Assembly: GCA_023395675.1 (NCBI GenBank)
Contig: JAEWYL010000205.1
Span: 1 to 43,533 of the forward strand
Direction: 5' to 3'
DNA: 43,533 bases
DNA from: Chloroflexota bacterium
GTDB taxonomy: Bacteria; Chloroflexota; Anaerolineae; Anaerolineales; UBA4823
Within the stretch, counting starts at the first letter, position 1; the number at the start of each line of letters is the position of its first letter. Position numbers and translations under genes: made by a program. Under the pieces are notes generated by a model, which saw nothing but the letters and a program-made list of their open reading frames with translations, made no database searches and was not told the origin of the DNA. Positions 1-9,591 of this stretch are shown here, piece after piece.

Positions 1-70
1 GGCGCCCCACCCCCCAAAATTCCCCCAAAAAACAAAGCCCGCATTCCGAAAACCGGTGGAAAAACCTTTG

Positions 71-1414
71 CTATTGCCCGTGCGCGGTCGCAGGGGCGGC
101 CGCCTCGGACTGCCCCGCAAAGGCCTGGCGCTGCTGCTCCTGAGCAGCCCGCTGCCGCATCTGCTCTCTCAGGCTGGCGATATCGGCCGGGACCAGGTAG
201 GCGGTCACCCCCAGCAGGACCGCGCCCAACGCCCAGGTGCTGACGCAGATAATCAGGATGGCGTTGTGCAGCGAGGAGGTGGCCGCGATCATGCCTGCCA
301 GCAGCGGGGCCAGGGCCGCGCCGCCGTTCTCGATCAGGTACTGCACCGAAAGGGCCGTGCTGCGCACCTCGGGCAGGGTGATGTCGTACACGGTGGAGAT
401 CACGTTCGCCGAGGCGAAGGGGATGAAGACGGCGGTCGTCATCAGCAGGCCCAGGAATGTCCCCCGGCTATCGAGGGGCACGCCCATGGTGAAGGTCAGC
501 AGGACGGCGCCGGCGATCACACCGATCATCGCCACCACCAGGCGCCCGCGCGGCGTGTGCTTGAAGAGCAGGTCGCCCAGCGCGCCGCCCACGAAGTAGC
601 CCGCCGCCAGAATCAGCACCGCCGGGGCCATGGTCATCAGGATCGAGTTGGAATCGTAACCCCGCTCCGTTTCCAGGTAGCGGAAGAACCAGTAGGTGAT
701 CACGTTCCAGGGGAAGACGCCCACAAAGCCCTGGGCGAAGAGCAGCAGCAGGCTGCGCTTGCGGAACAGCCCCAGGGCGAGCTTCGGTTCGAAGCGGTAA
801 ACCCCGACCTGTTCCAGCCCCTCCATCTCCGGCTCGCTGCCGCCGCGTGGCGTCTCCTTCACCCCGAAGAAGATCACCACCGCCAGCACCAGCCCCAAAG
901 AACCGGTGACGTAGAATACCCCCCGCCAGCCGATCACGCCGCTCAGCAGGGTGGCGGCCAGGAGCCCGACCATGTATCCGAGTGGCTGGGAAAGCTGCAG
1001 CAGACCGTAGACCTTACCCCGCACCGCCGGGCCGAAATAGTCCGAGATCAGGCTGTAGAGGCCCGGGTAGCTGGAGTCGTCCACTCCGGTGGAGGCGCGC
1101 GAGGCCATAAACGAGGGGTAGGTGGGGGCGATGGCGCTCAACCAGGTGGTGGAGCCCCAGATGAAGGAAGCCAGGGCGAGCAGCTTCGAGCGGGCGTAGC
1201 GGTCGTAGAGATAGCCCCAGATCGGGTACAGGATGGCGCCGACCAGCCGCGCGCCTGAGACCACCGCGCCCATCTGCACCTCGTTAATGCCGTACGTCTC
1301 CATGATCTGGGTGGTCAGCGACCCGATCATGAGCTTGTCGGACTGGTGCAGCAGCATAAAAAAGAAAAAAACGGCGACAACAAACCAGCGGTAGTTATTG
1401 TTGCGTGGCTTCAT
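71..1414 (-). CDS. MFS-type transporter (447 aa)
   Basis: ORF 71..1465(-). It is a polytopic hydrophobic protein with major-facilitator architecture. I moved the start to ATG 1412-1414 (MKPRNNNYRW) because GGAGGAG lies 4 nt upstream on the minus strand. Confidence 0.8.
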   Translation of the reverse strand: MKPRNNNYRWFVVAVFFFFMLLHQSDKLMIGSLTTQIMETYGINEVQMGAVVSGARLVGAILYPIWGYLYDRYARSKLLALASFIWGSTTWLSAIAPTYPSFMASRASTGVDDSSYPGLYSLISDYFGPAVRGKVYGLLQLSQPLGYMVGLLAATLLSGVIGWRGVFYVTGSLGLVLAVVIFFGVKETPRGGSEPEMEGLEQVGVYRFEPKLALGLFRKRSLLLLFAQGFVGVFPWNVITYWFFRYLETERGYDSNSILMTMAPAVLILAAGYFVGGALGDLLFKHTPRGRLVVAMIGVIAGAVLLTFTMGVPLDSRGTFLGLLMTTAVFIPFASANVISTVYDITLPEVRSTALSVQYLIENGGAALAPLLAGMIAATSSLHNAILIICVSTWALGAVLLGVTAYLVPADIASLREQMRQRAAQEQQRQAFAGQSEAAAPATAHGQ

Positions 1415-1453
1415 TGACTCCTCCGGATGGCAGAGCGATGCGGTCTGGCAGAT

Positions 1454-1487
1454 CCGGGCAGGCAAGCGAACAGGGCTGCCTGCCCGG
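1454..1487 (-). terminator. GC-rich 11-bp-stem hairpin between prs and the MFS gene (terminator-like, no U tract)
   Basis: CCGGGCAGGCA (1454-1464) and TGCCTGCCCGG (1477-1487) are perfect reverse complements around a 12-nt loop, about 15 nt after the prs stop. No T run follows, so a terminator function is uncertain. Confidence 0.35.
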
Positions 1488-1502
1488 GTCCGGTGGGGAT
1501 GC

Positions 1503-2453
1503 TCAGGTGTGGATCAACTTCTCGGAGATGCTGATCCCCTGGTGGATGGAATTGATGATGTCCGCCAACAGCGGGGCGATGGACAGGACCTCAATCTTCG
1601 GATGGCGCTTCTCGGGCGGCAGGGGCAGCGTATTGGTCACCACCAGCTTTTCGATGCGGTCATCTTCATCCAGAATTTTCAGGGCGGTGGGGAGGATCAC
1701 CGGGTGGGTGACCGAGAAATAAGCCCCGCCCTCGGCCCCGGCGTCGTACAGGGCGTCAATCTGCTTCAGGACGCTCCCGCCCGCCATCAGGTCGTCAATG
1801 ATGATCGGGCGCCGGCCCTTGATGTCCCCCACCACGTGGGTGGTCTCCGTGGTGCTGAAGCTCGTGCGCCGCTTGTGCATCACCACCAGGGGCAGGTTGA
1901 GCAGTTCCGCATAGCGGCCCGCCATGCCCGCCCGGCCGACGTCGGGACTGACGATGGCGGCGTTGGCGAAGCGAGGGTCGCGGAAGTAGCTCGCCAGCAG
2001 GGGCAGGGCGCTCAGGGGGTCCACCGGAATGTTGAAGAACCCCTGGATGGCGCGGTTATGAATATCCACGAACATGACGCGGCTGGCGCCCATGTTTTCG
2101 AGCAGGTTTGCCACCACGCGCGCGCTGATCGCCTCCCGCCCCCGGGCCATGCGGTCCTGGCGGGCGTAGGGAAAGTAGGGGATGACCACGCTGATGCTGT
2201 GGGCGCTCGCCCGCCGAAAGGCGTCCAGGTAGAGCAGGATCTCCACCAGGTGGTCGTTGACCGGCACCGAGCAGGTCTGCAGGAGGAAAATATCCTGGTC
2301 GCGCACGACCTCATCAATCATCACATAAATTTCGCTGTCGGGAAGCTGGCGGGAGGTGGACCTTCCGACCGGCACACCCAGCCGGTCGGCGACCTCCTGG
2401 GCCAGGGCAGGGTGAGCGGAGCCAGAGAAAATCCGCAGGGGGTGAATGGACAT
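1503..2453 (-). CDS. prs: ribose-phosphate pyrophosphokinase (PRPP synthetase), 316 aa
   Basis: Full-length match to the Prs pattern: N-terminal [44 protein letters not shown], and a PRPP-binding loop [17 protein letters not shown] lies upstream of the ATG. Confidence 0.92.
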   Translation of the reverse strand: MSIHPLRIFSGSAHPALAQEVADRLGVPVGRSTSRQLPDSEIYVMIDEVVRDQDIFLLQTCSVPVNDHLVEILLYLDAFRRASAHSISVVIPYFPYARQDRMARGREAISARVVANLLENMGASRVMFVDIHNRAIQGFFNIPVDPLSALPLLASYFRDPRFANAAIVSPDVGRAGMAGRYAELLNLPLVVMHKRRTSFSTTETTHVVGDIKGRRPIIIDDLMAGGSVLKQIDALYDAGAEGGAYFSVTHPVILPTALKILDEDDRIEKLVVTNTLPLPPEKRHPKIEVLSIAPLLADIINSIHQGISISEKLIHT

Positions 2454-2548
2454 GATCTCCTCAATGAAAGTGAATTGGGACTGGAGCCCTCCGGCCCCAG
2501 GTGAACCTCAAAACCGGTCTGCGATTACCGGAATCTACCACAAAAACG

Positions 2549-4192
2549 TCAATCTCCCGGGACGGCTGCGATCCGGGCCTGTGGGCCGGGCTTCCGGCTT
2601 TTGACGCCGAACAGGGCCAGGGCAGAGATGAGAAACAGGGAGCCGTAGATCGAGAAGAGGACGACGTAGCCGATTCCGGGCCGGGTGGGGGCCAGGATGG
2701 TGAAATAATCGGCGATGGGGCCGCCGATGTAGGCTCCCACCGCGCCTGCGCCGGCCCCGGCCAGGTTGGAGATGCCCAGGTAGCGGCCCGCCTCCGCCTT
2801 CGGCGCCAGCTCTGTCCCCAGGGCCCAGTTGGCGGTGTAGAACAGCCCGGTGGCGACCCCGATAATGGCGCCGCCCAGGTAGATGGTGAACAGGGTGGTG
2901 GAGAGCAGGGCGATCAGGGTGCCGGCGGCGGCGGTCAGTCCGGCGGCGGCGATCAGAGGTTTGTGCCCGAAGCGCTCGGTCAGCCGGAAGGCAGCCACCA
3001 GCCCGAAAAGGCCGAAAGCGACCAGGCAGCCGAGGACATAGGGCAGGATCACGCTCTGGAAGCGCAGGGCGACCAGGATGCCCAGCAGGACGGAAGCGCC
3101 CGCCAGCACGGAGAACGCCCGGCGGTATTTCCCGTCGCTCAACCAGCCGCTGGACAGGGCGGAGCTCATCACGAACAGGCCCACCATCAGCAGCAGGACA
3201 GAGGCCGGGCCGGCGGCCCGCTCCTGCTCGAAACCCAGCCGGGCCTGGATATAGTAGACGGCGAAGGTGGACAGGTTGACTGCCCCCACCAGGTACGCCA
3301 GGCGGTTGACCACCCACCAGGTGAACCCCGGGCTGTTCGAGGCCGCGTCCCGCCCCAGGCTGAGGCGGACGCTGGTCCAGACGCCCAGGCCGGTGGCGGC
3401 GATCATGGCAGCCAGCCCCGCCGCGCCCATCAGCAGGAGCTGGACGGTGTCCGAAAATCCGTTCGCCAGCGCCCGCCCGGTCCAGCTCACCGCGGCGCCC
3501 AGGGCGAGGATGATGGCGGTGAAGGCGGCGGTCATACCCAGCAGCCGCAGAATGGGCCCCCAATCCAGGGGCGGCGGGGCAGTCTCCGGTCTTTTTTCAG
3601 GGACGAACAGGGTGATCAGCATCGTGACGAGCAGGATGACCATCACGAAGATTAAAGCCCCCCAGATATTCCCCCCGCTGACCATACCTCCGATGATAAA
3701 GGACACCAGGATCAGAGGCAGGGGCAGCTCGAGCACGGCTTTGACCGCGGAGAAGCGCCCGCGCTGCTCCTCGGGCGCCAGGTCGGGGATCAGGGCCTGC
3801 TGGGCGCCCTGGGCGATATTGGAGGAAATCTGCTGGCCGATGACAAAGACGAACAGGAGCGTATAGCCGAACAATCCGCTCAAGCCGGCGCTGAAACCGA
3901 TGGCGGCGATGAAACCCAGGTTGAGCAGGGTGCCGGCGAAGATAAACGGCCTGCGCCGGCCCCAGGGGAGGCGGCTGCGGTCGGAGAGCATGCCCATCAC
4001 CGCCTGCGCCAGCAGGGCGGCCATCAACGTCCACAGGCGCAGCCGGCCCAGGTAGGCTCCCTGCGCCTCGACGCCGACAAAGCCCTGCACCAGCAGGGGC
4101 AGGATCAGTCCGTTGGTATTGGCTAGGGTGCTTAACCCCAGGTAGTAGATATTGATGGTGATGACGTCATACCAGCGGAGGGGCCGGCTCAT
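2549..4192 (-). CDS. MFS transporter, glycoside/cation-symporter-like (547 aa)
   Basis: ORF 2549..4219(-). It has about 12-14 hydrophobic helices and an MFS loop motif (GMLSDRSRLPWGRRRPF). I preferred the start at ATG 4190-4192 (MSRPLRWYD) because AGGAGG lies 5 nt upstream. It overlaps the esterase 3' end by 26 nt. Confidence 0.75.
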   Translation of the reverse strand: MSRPLRWYDVITINIYYLGLSTLANTNGLILPLLVQGFVGVEAQGAYLGRLRLWTLMAALLAQAVMGMLSDRSRLPWGRRRPFIFAGTLLNLGFIAAIGFSAGLSGLFGYTLLFVFVIGQQISSNIAQGAQQALIPDLAPEEQRGRFSAVKAVLELPLPLILVSFIIGGMVSGGNIWGALIFVMVILLVTMLITLFVPEKRPETAPPPLDWGPILRLLGMTAAFTAIILALGAAVSWTGRALANGFSDTVQLLLMGAAGLAAMIAATGLGVWTSVRLSLGRDAASNSPGFTWWVVNRLAYLVGAVNLSTFAVYYIQARLGFEQERAAGPASVLLLMVGLFVMSSALSSGWLSDGKYRRAFSVLAGASVLLGILVALRFQSVILPYVLGCLVAFGLFGLVAAFRLTERFGHKPLIAAAGLTAAAGTLIALLSTTLFTIYLGGAIIGVATGLFYTANWALGTELAPKAEAGRYLGISNLAGAGAGAVGAYIGGPIADYFTILAPTRPGIGYVVLFSIYGSLFLISALALFGVKSRKPGPQARIAAVPGD

Positions 4193-4988
4193 GCTTGCCT
4201 CCTGGTGCGAGACCGGCATTCACAGCCGGGCTGATGACCTGCTCGATGAAACGGAGGGTGATCTCCGCTACCTGTTCCTGCTCGCGGTCAATGGCGACCA
4301 CATGGCCTGAATTTTCCATCCAGATTGACTGCTTGACCTGCGAAGCGGTCTCGCGCATCAGGATCTCCGGAACCCCGGGGTGAACGGTGGGGTCCAGGCG
4401 GCCCTGGACCACCAGCAGGGGCTGGCGGATCAGGGGCAGGCGCCTCCGCACCACCTGCTGGAGCTTAAGCAGCTGGAGCACGGCTTTCAAGGGGTTAACC
4501 GGGTATCCCTGCCAGAGTTCATCGGAGAGGTTGCGCGGCCGGTTCTGGACCGGTTTGGAGACGTAGGTCTTGAACGGGGCCGCCAGGCGCAGCAGCAGCC
4601 GGTCCCGGCCGGTGAGGCGCAGGCGCAGCGCCGGGGCGTAAGCCAGGACCCCGGCGGCCTCGGGGTGCAGGCTCGCCAGGTAGAGGGCCAGCACCGCCCC
4701 CGTAGACTCCCCTCCCAGGAAGACCCGGGTGCAGGCCGCGGAGAGATCCTGGTAGGTTTTCTCCACCTCGGCCGCCCATTCCTGCCACCTGCGCCGGTTG
4801 AGGTCCGCCGGAGCGGTGCCGTGACCCGGCAGCAGGGGGCCTGCCACCGTGAAGCCGCGCTGCAGCAGCGCCTGGGCCAGCGGCCGCATCTCCGCGGTGG
4901 TGGCGGTCAGCCCGTGGGCCAGGAGCACGCCCACCGGACCTCCCTTCCAGAAAAATGGGCCGCCTTCGAGGTGTGGGTTGACAAGCAT
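4167..4988 (-). CDS. alpha/beta-hydrolase, carboxylesterase / lysophospholipase-like (273 aa)
   Basis: It has a nucleophile elbow GESTG after an HG oxyanion segment (LLAHGLTATT) and a C-terminal H in MENSGHVV. This is the typical small Est-type esterase layout. Confidence 0.8.
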   Translation of the reverse strand: MLVNPHLEGGPFFWKGGPVGVLLAHGLTATTAEMRPLAQALLQRGFTVAGPLLPGHGTAPADLNRRRWQEWAAEVEKTYQDLSAACTRVFLGGESTGAVLALYLASLHPEAAGVLAYAPALRLRLTGRDRLLLRLAAPFKTYVSKPVQNRPRNLSDELWQGYPVNPLKAVLQLLKLQQVVRRRLPLIRQPLLVVQGRLDPTVHPGVPEILMRETASQVKQSIWMENSGHVVAIDREQEQVAEITLRFIEQVISPAVNAGLAPGGKHEPAPPLV

Positions 4989-5195
4989 AGCAGAATTTTA
5001 CCAGACCGAAGGAAAAATACTCCTGCTGGAAAACCGGCGAGAAGCCGCGAAAAAAGGGCGGGCAGAAATTAAAAAAACTGCCGGAGCCGGGCTTTGCCCA
5101 GCCCCCGCAGTCTTTTCGAAACGCTCGTCTCGCGGCTGTTTTGGGACAGCCTTATTTACAGGGCCAGGATCAACCTGGCGGCGGATAACCGCAGG

Positions 5196-6416
5196 TCAGG
5201 GCCGGTAGATATGGGGCAGCAGCCAGAAAGCGGCATTCTGCGCCCGACCGCCGTTGGCCTCGACGGTGAGGATAAAATGCACCGACTGTCCGGCGAGCTC
5301 GGAAAGGTCGAGCTGGATGCGGGTGATCAGGCCGTCGTAGATCTCATCCCAGGTTTTCAGGGTCTTCACCGGGCCGTCGCCGGTCCTGTACTGCAGGCTG
5401 AACCGGACGCTGCACTTCTGGTTATCGGCCAGGCAGCCCACATCGGCCAGGAACTGGTCCCCGTCTTCGATCTTGACCGCCGGGAACTCGCCGCTGATGT
5501 AGCCGTCGGTGTTGCGGTCCGGGTTGGTCCACAGGGCCGGCTCATTTTCCCGCTGGTTCTCCTGGACGTGCTCGCCCAAGCGGATCACAAAACCGTCCTC
5601 GCTGTCCTCGTCTCCGGGGCAGGGCAGGCTGCGGTCCGTGCCGCTCTCCCAATCGGCCTGGCAGTAATTGGCGACGAAGCTGTACACCACCCCCTCCGTC
5701 ACCGGCTCCTGCTCGACCACCCGGATCTGGACGAAGAAGGGGTTTTCGCCCCGCTGGCCGAGGCCGAAGACCTCGCCCTCGGGGTCCGCCAGCATCCAGT
5801 CTCCGCGGTAGCGGCCCAAATCGTCCGGGGCGATCAGCTCGACCTGGAGATTGACGCTCTCGCCCGGCCGCACGGTTTTGCCGATCTCGATATCGCGCGT
5901 GCCGCTCATGCGGTCGCCGCCCACGTACACCAGCTCGTAGTCCGGCGTCCAGGTGCAGCTTCCGATATTCTCGAGCTTCCAGATCTTGGTGAACTGGGCG
6001 TTCGGGGCGTAGCGGGTGTTGTCGGGGACGGTGACGTCCTCGACGAAGCGCGCCCGGTTGCAGGCCACCGGGACCGCGGTGGGCCGGGGTGTGTTCGTCG
6101 GCGGCAGCGGCGTGATGGTGGGCGCCTGGGTGTTGGTCGGGAGCGGGGTGTTGGTGCTCACCGGCAGCGAGGTCTGCGTGGGCGGCAGGGTGGCAGGCGG
6201 CAGGGTGGCGGGCGGCTGCTCGCCGCCAGACTGCGAGGGCGAGGTCGGGGAGGCCAGCGGGGCCGATCCGGTCAGTTGGGCGACCAGGGTCTGCGCGGCC
6301 TGGGTGTAAATGGCGCTCCCGTCCTGGGTGGGTGCCTGAGTGGCGATATTGCAGGCCATCAGCACAAGCAGGGCGAGCAGCGCAAGCGGAAGCAGGCGAA
6401 GATAATGGGGTTTCAT
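5196..6416 (-). CDS. secreted lipoprotein with Pro/Thr linker and NBR1-like (Nbr1_FW-type) beta-sandwich domain (406 aa)
   Basis: It has a signal peptide plus lipobox (LLALLVLMAC) followed by a P/T-rich linker (ATLPPATLPPTQTSLPVSTNTPLPTNT). The segment FVEDVTVPDNTRYAPNAQFTKIWKLENIGSCTWTPDYELVYVGGD...PGESVNLQVELIAPDDLGRYRGDWML matches the NBR1-like domain pattern from memory. The C-terminal half has unknown function. Confidence 0.7.
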   Translation of the reverse strand: MKPHYLRLLPLALLALLVLMACNIATQAPTQDGSAIYTQAAQTLVAQLTGSAPLASPTSPSQSGGEQPPATLPPATLPPTQTSLPVSTNTPLPTNTQAPTITPLPPTNTPRPTAVPVACNRARFVEDVTVPDNTRYAPNAQFTKIWKLENIGSCTWTPDYELVYVGGDRMSGTRDIEIGKTVRPGESVNLQVELIAPDDLGRYRGDWMLADPEGEVFGLGQRGENPFFVQIRVVEQEPVTEGVVYSFVANYCQADWESGTDRSLPCPGDEDSEDGFVIRLGEHVQENQRENEPALWTNPDRNTDGYISGEFPAVKIEDGDQFLADVGCLADNQKCSVRFSLQYRTGDGPVKTLKTWDEIYDGLITRIQLDLSELAGQSVHFILTVEANGGRAQNAAFWLLPHIYRP

Positions 6417-6519
6417 AGTACTGTTCCTGAATCAGTTGAATTACAGAAGAGTGTTCTGCTTATCCCTGTTAACGCCGCAGGGATGGTTTTCGTTCCCGGT
6501 TCCCCTGTGCATGCCCCTG

Positions 6520-6595
6520 AAATCTATCCTGAAAATAGATGGTTATGTGGGGGGCAGCCCCCATAAAACCACATAACAAACTTCGGATAGATACG
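6520..6595. repeat. nested-palindrome intergenic repeat, copy A (divergent, ~76 nt)
   Basis: Outer inverted arms are TCTATCC (6523-6529) and GGATAGA (6585-6591). The inner hairpin is GTTATGTGGGGGGC/GCCCCCATAAAACCACATAAC. The architecture matches copies B-D. It lies between the fdhA terminator and the lipoprotein gene start. Confidence 0.6.
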
Positions 6596-6605
6596 CATCC
6601 GGGTT

Positions 6606-6643
6606 AAAAAGGGGCGGAGCGCCTCGGAAGAAGCGCTCCGCCC
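6606..6643 (-). terminator. intrinsic (rho-independent) terminator closing the hox/fdh gene string
   Basis: Minus-strand RNA reads GGGCGGAGCGC-uucuuccgag-GCGCUCCGCCC-C-UUUUU. That is an 11-bp perfect GC-rich stem, a 10-nt loop and a U5 tract, starting 15 nt after the fdhA stop (6659-6661). Confidence 0.85.
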
Positions 6644-6658
6644 GGTTCATGGTGAAAC

Positions 6659-9460
6659 TCAGACCCGTTCCACTTTGACGGCGCAGATCTTGAACTCCGG
6701 TATCTTCGCCACCGGATCGAGCGCCGCCAGCGTCAGCTCGTTGGCGGAGGCCTCGGGGAAGTGGAAGTTGGCAAACACCATCCCCGGCGGGACCCGGTCC
6801 GTCACCCAGGCCTCGGCCTCGATGACGCCCCGGCGGGACTGGACTTTGACCCGCGCCCCCTTGCTGGAGCCGTTGACCAGGCCCAGCCGCACGGCGTCGT
6901 CGGGGTTCACTTCTACCAGCGCGCGGTCGTAGACTTCGACCAGGCCGCTTGCCCGGCGGGTCATCTCGCCGCCGTGCCAGTGGTAGAGCACCCGGCCCGT
7001 ATTCAGCACCCAGGGGTACTCGTCGTCCGGCATTTCGGCCGGCGGGATATGGTCGATGGGCATGAACTTGCCCGGGCCGCGAGTGAACTGCCCGATATGC
7101 AGCACCGGCGTGCCCGGGTGATCGGCGCTTTTTACCGGCCACTGCAGGCGCTCGCCGCGCTCCAGGCGGGCGTGGCTGACCCCGGCGTAGCTGGGCGTCA
7201 GGGCGGCCACTTCGTCCATCACCGCCGAGATATCGGCGTATTCCCAGCCGCTGAACGGCGCGGGGTCCGCTTTCCGGCCGCCGCCCGCCAGCATGCGCTG
7301 CGCCAGTTCGGCGGTGATGCGCCAGTCTGCGCGGGCCTGCCCGCGCGGCTCGATGGCCTTGCGCACCATCTGGATGCGCCGCTCGGTATTGGTGAAGGTG
7401 CCGCTCTTCTCGGCGAAAGTGACGCCCGGCAGCAGCACGTCGGCGTAATCCGCGGTCTCCGTCGGGAAGATCTCCTGCAGGATGATGAACTCGCAGCGGT
7501 CCAGGCAGTGGCGGATATGCGCCGTATCGGGATCGCTCATCACCGGGTTTTCGCCCAGGATATACATCGCTTTGACCTTGCCCTCGCCGGCGGCGGGGAC
7601 CATCTCCGTCACCGTCAGGCCCACGCTTCCGGGCAGGGGCGTACCCCAGGCCGCTTCGAACTTCTTGCGGTTGTCCTCCACGGTGACGTTCTGGTAAGCC
7701 GGGTAAACGTTGGGCAGGCCGCCCATATCGCAGGCGCCCTGGACGTTGTTCTGGCCGCGCAGCGGGTTGACCCCGCCGCCCGGCACGCCCATGTTGCCCA
7801 GCAGCATCTGCAGGTTGGCGAGGGACATGACGTTGCGCACCCCGACGATATGCTGGGTGATGCCCATCGCCCAGATCACCGCCATGGGGCTGTTCAGCGC
7901 CAGGATCTCGGCGGCTTCGTACAGTTTCTCGACCGGGATGCGGGTGATCTCGGAGGTCTTTTCCGGCGTGTACTCCGCCACCACGGCCCGGAACTCGTCG
8001 AACCCTTCCGTCCGGTTGGCGATGAACTCGCGGTCCTCCCAGCCCTTCTCCAGGATGATATGCATCAGCCCGTTCAGCAGGGCGACGTCGGTGCCCGGGC
8101 GCTGGCGCAGGTGCAGGGTGGCGAATTCGGTCAGGTCAATGCGCCGGGGATCGGCGACGACCAGTTTTGCGCCGCGCCGGGCCACAGCCTGGCGCAGCAT
8201 GGCCCCGAAGACGGGGTGCTGTTCGGTGGTATTGGAACCGATGACGAAGAAAGAGGCTGCATTCGCCGCCACATCGTCCATCGAGTTGGACATTGCGCCC
8301 GAGCCAAAGGAAGTGGCCAGACCGGCCACGGTGCTGGAGTGTCAGAGACGGGCGCAGTGATCTATGTTGTTCGTCCCGACCACCTGGCGGGCGAACTTGT
8401 TCATCAGGTAGTTTTCTTCGTTGGTGCACTTGGCCGAGGTGAGCACGCCCACGCTGTCGGGTCCGAAGGTATCCCGGGCCGCGCTCAGCTTCCGCGCCGT
8501 CAGGTCGAGGGCCGTGTCCCAATCCACGGGCACCCACTCGCTGCCGGTGCGCGGCATTCCGGCGGGACGCTGCCCATCTCCCTCGAGCAGGTAGCGCCGT
8601 ACCAGGGGCCGGGTGAGGCGTTCGGGGTGGTGAATGAAGTCGTAGCCGTAGCGGCCCTTCACGCACATGTGCAGCCCGTTGACCGGGGCCTCGGGATTGG
8701 AGGTGACCCGGATCACATGCCCGCCCTCGTCATCGTCCTTCACGTTCAGGTCGAAGCTGCAGCCGACCCCGCAGTAGGTGCAGGTCGTGGTGACCAGGCG
8801 GTCGGCCTCGCCCAGGTGGGCGGACATCTTGTTGTCCAGCGCTCCGGTCGGGCAGTAGGCCACGCAGGCGCCGCAGGACTCGCAGCGCGCGTCGAGCATC
8901 AACTGGCCCGCGCCCGGGACGGGATGGGCGTTGAAGCCGCGTTCCGCCATGTTCCAGACATAGCGGCCCTGGATCTCGGCGCAGGCCCGCACGCAGCGGG
9001 TGCACTGGATGCACTTGTTCAGGTCCACCCGGATGAACGGGTTCGGGTCGCTGTCCACCGGGTAGCGCGGCGCTTTCGACATCACCTTGGGCACATCCAC
9101 CCCGTAGTGCTTCACCCAGTGCATAAACTGGGTGTCGGGCAGGCGGACTTCGCCCTCACTTTCCAGCGAGGCGTCGAAGTAGTTGGATAGCAGCAGCTCT
9201 AGAATGAAGCGGCGAGACTGCACCAGGGCAGGGGTTTCCGTCCTCACCACCATCCCTTCCGTGACTTCCAGCGTGCAGGCCGTCTGCGGCAGGCGTGCGC
9301 CCTGCACCTCGACCACGCACATCCGGCAGCCGCCGAACGGCGACAGGTCTTTGTGGTCGCACAGGGTGGGAATGGTGATGCCTGCACTTTCTGCTGCGTG
9401 CAGGATGGTTGTGCCCTTGGGAATCTGGATCTTTTGATCGTTTATTGTCAGAGTCAGCAT
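6659..9460 (-). CDS. fdhA: selenocysteine-containing formate dehydrogenase catalytic subunit, FdhA/FdsA type with N-terminal Fe-S extension (933 codons incl. UGA-Sec)
   Basis: Track ORFs 8342..9460 and 6659..8329 are in the same frame and separated only by TGA 8342-8344. Read-through gives [30 protein letters not shown], the Sec/Cys-His active-site segment of FdhF/FdhA. The N-terminus carries a 2Fe-2S motif (CDHKDLSPFGGCRMC) and 4Fe-4S motifs (CIQCTRCVRAC, CESCGACVAYCP, CTYCGVGC). The C-terminus is MopB-like (VFANFHFPEASANELT...KICAVKVE). Confidence 0.9.
8313..8329 (-). promoter_or_regulatory. bacterial SECIS-like hairpin downstream of the UGA
   Basis: Minus-strand RNA reads GUGGCC-GGUCU-GGCCAC, a 6-bp perfect stem. 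The GGU of the loop begins 22 nt from the U of UGA. As I recall, E. coli fdhF has the same spacing and the same GGUCU loop (both encode ..VAGL..). Confidence 0.7.
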
Positions 9461-9591
9461 AAGTTATTCTTTCGACCAGGCACAAATCTTTAGTAGGATA
9501 TGATCAAACAGAGATTTCCACTGTTTTATCTTAAGGAGGAATTGCATTGACTGCCAGTGACGATTGTCACCATTCCTTGAGAAACATCACC
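9461..9591 (-). promoter_or_regulatory. AT-rich 131-nt spacer between hoxW and fdhA (possible internal promoter or processing region)
   Basis: It is visibly lower in GC than the flanking sequence (aaatctttagtaggatatgatcaaacagagatttccactgttttatc) and is the largest gap in the gene string. It contains a small GTGAC-aatc-GTCAC hairpin. I could not identify a convincing -35/-10 pair. Confidence 0.3.

Noticed and set aside
5134-5151. Hairpin GGCTGT-tttggg-ACAGCC followed by TTATTT on the plus strand, which looks like a plus-strand terminator.
   Set aside because: No plus-strand gene lies upstream. The stem is only 6 bp. On the relevant minus strand it lacks a U tract.
6181-6210. Tandem 2 x 15-nt DNA repeat (ggcggcagggtggca / ggcggcagggtggcg).
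   Set aside because: It simply encodes the duplicated ATLPP ATLPP unit of the lipoprotein Pro/Thr linker. This is coding low complexity, not an independent element.
6659-9460. Reading fdhA as two separate genes (2Fe-2S/4Fe-4S protein plus molybdopterin protein) or as a nonsense-disrupted pseudogene.
   Set aside because: The single in-frame TGA falls exactly at the Sec/Cys-His active-site position. A SECIS-like hairpin follows it at the canonical distance. The downstream piece would have to begin at a GTG in mid-domain with no RBS.
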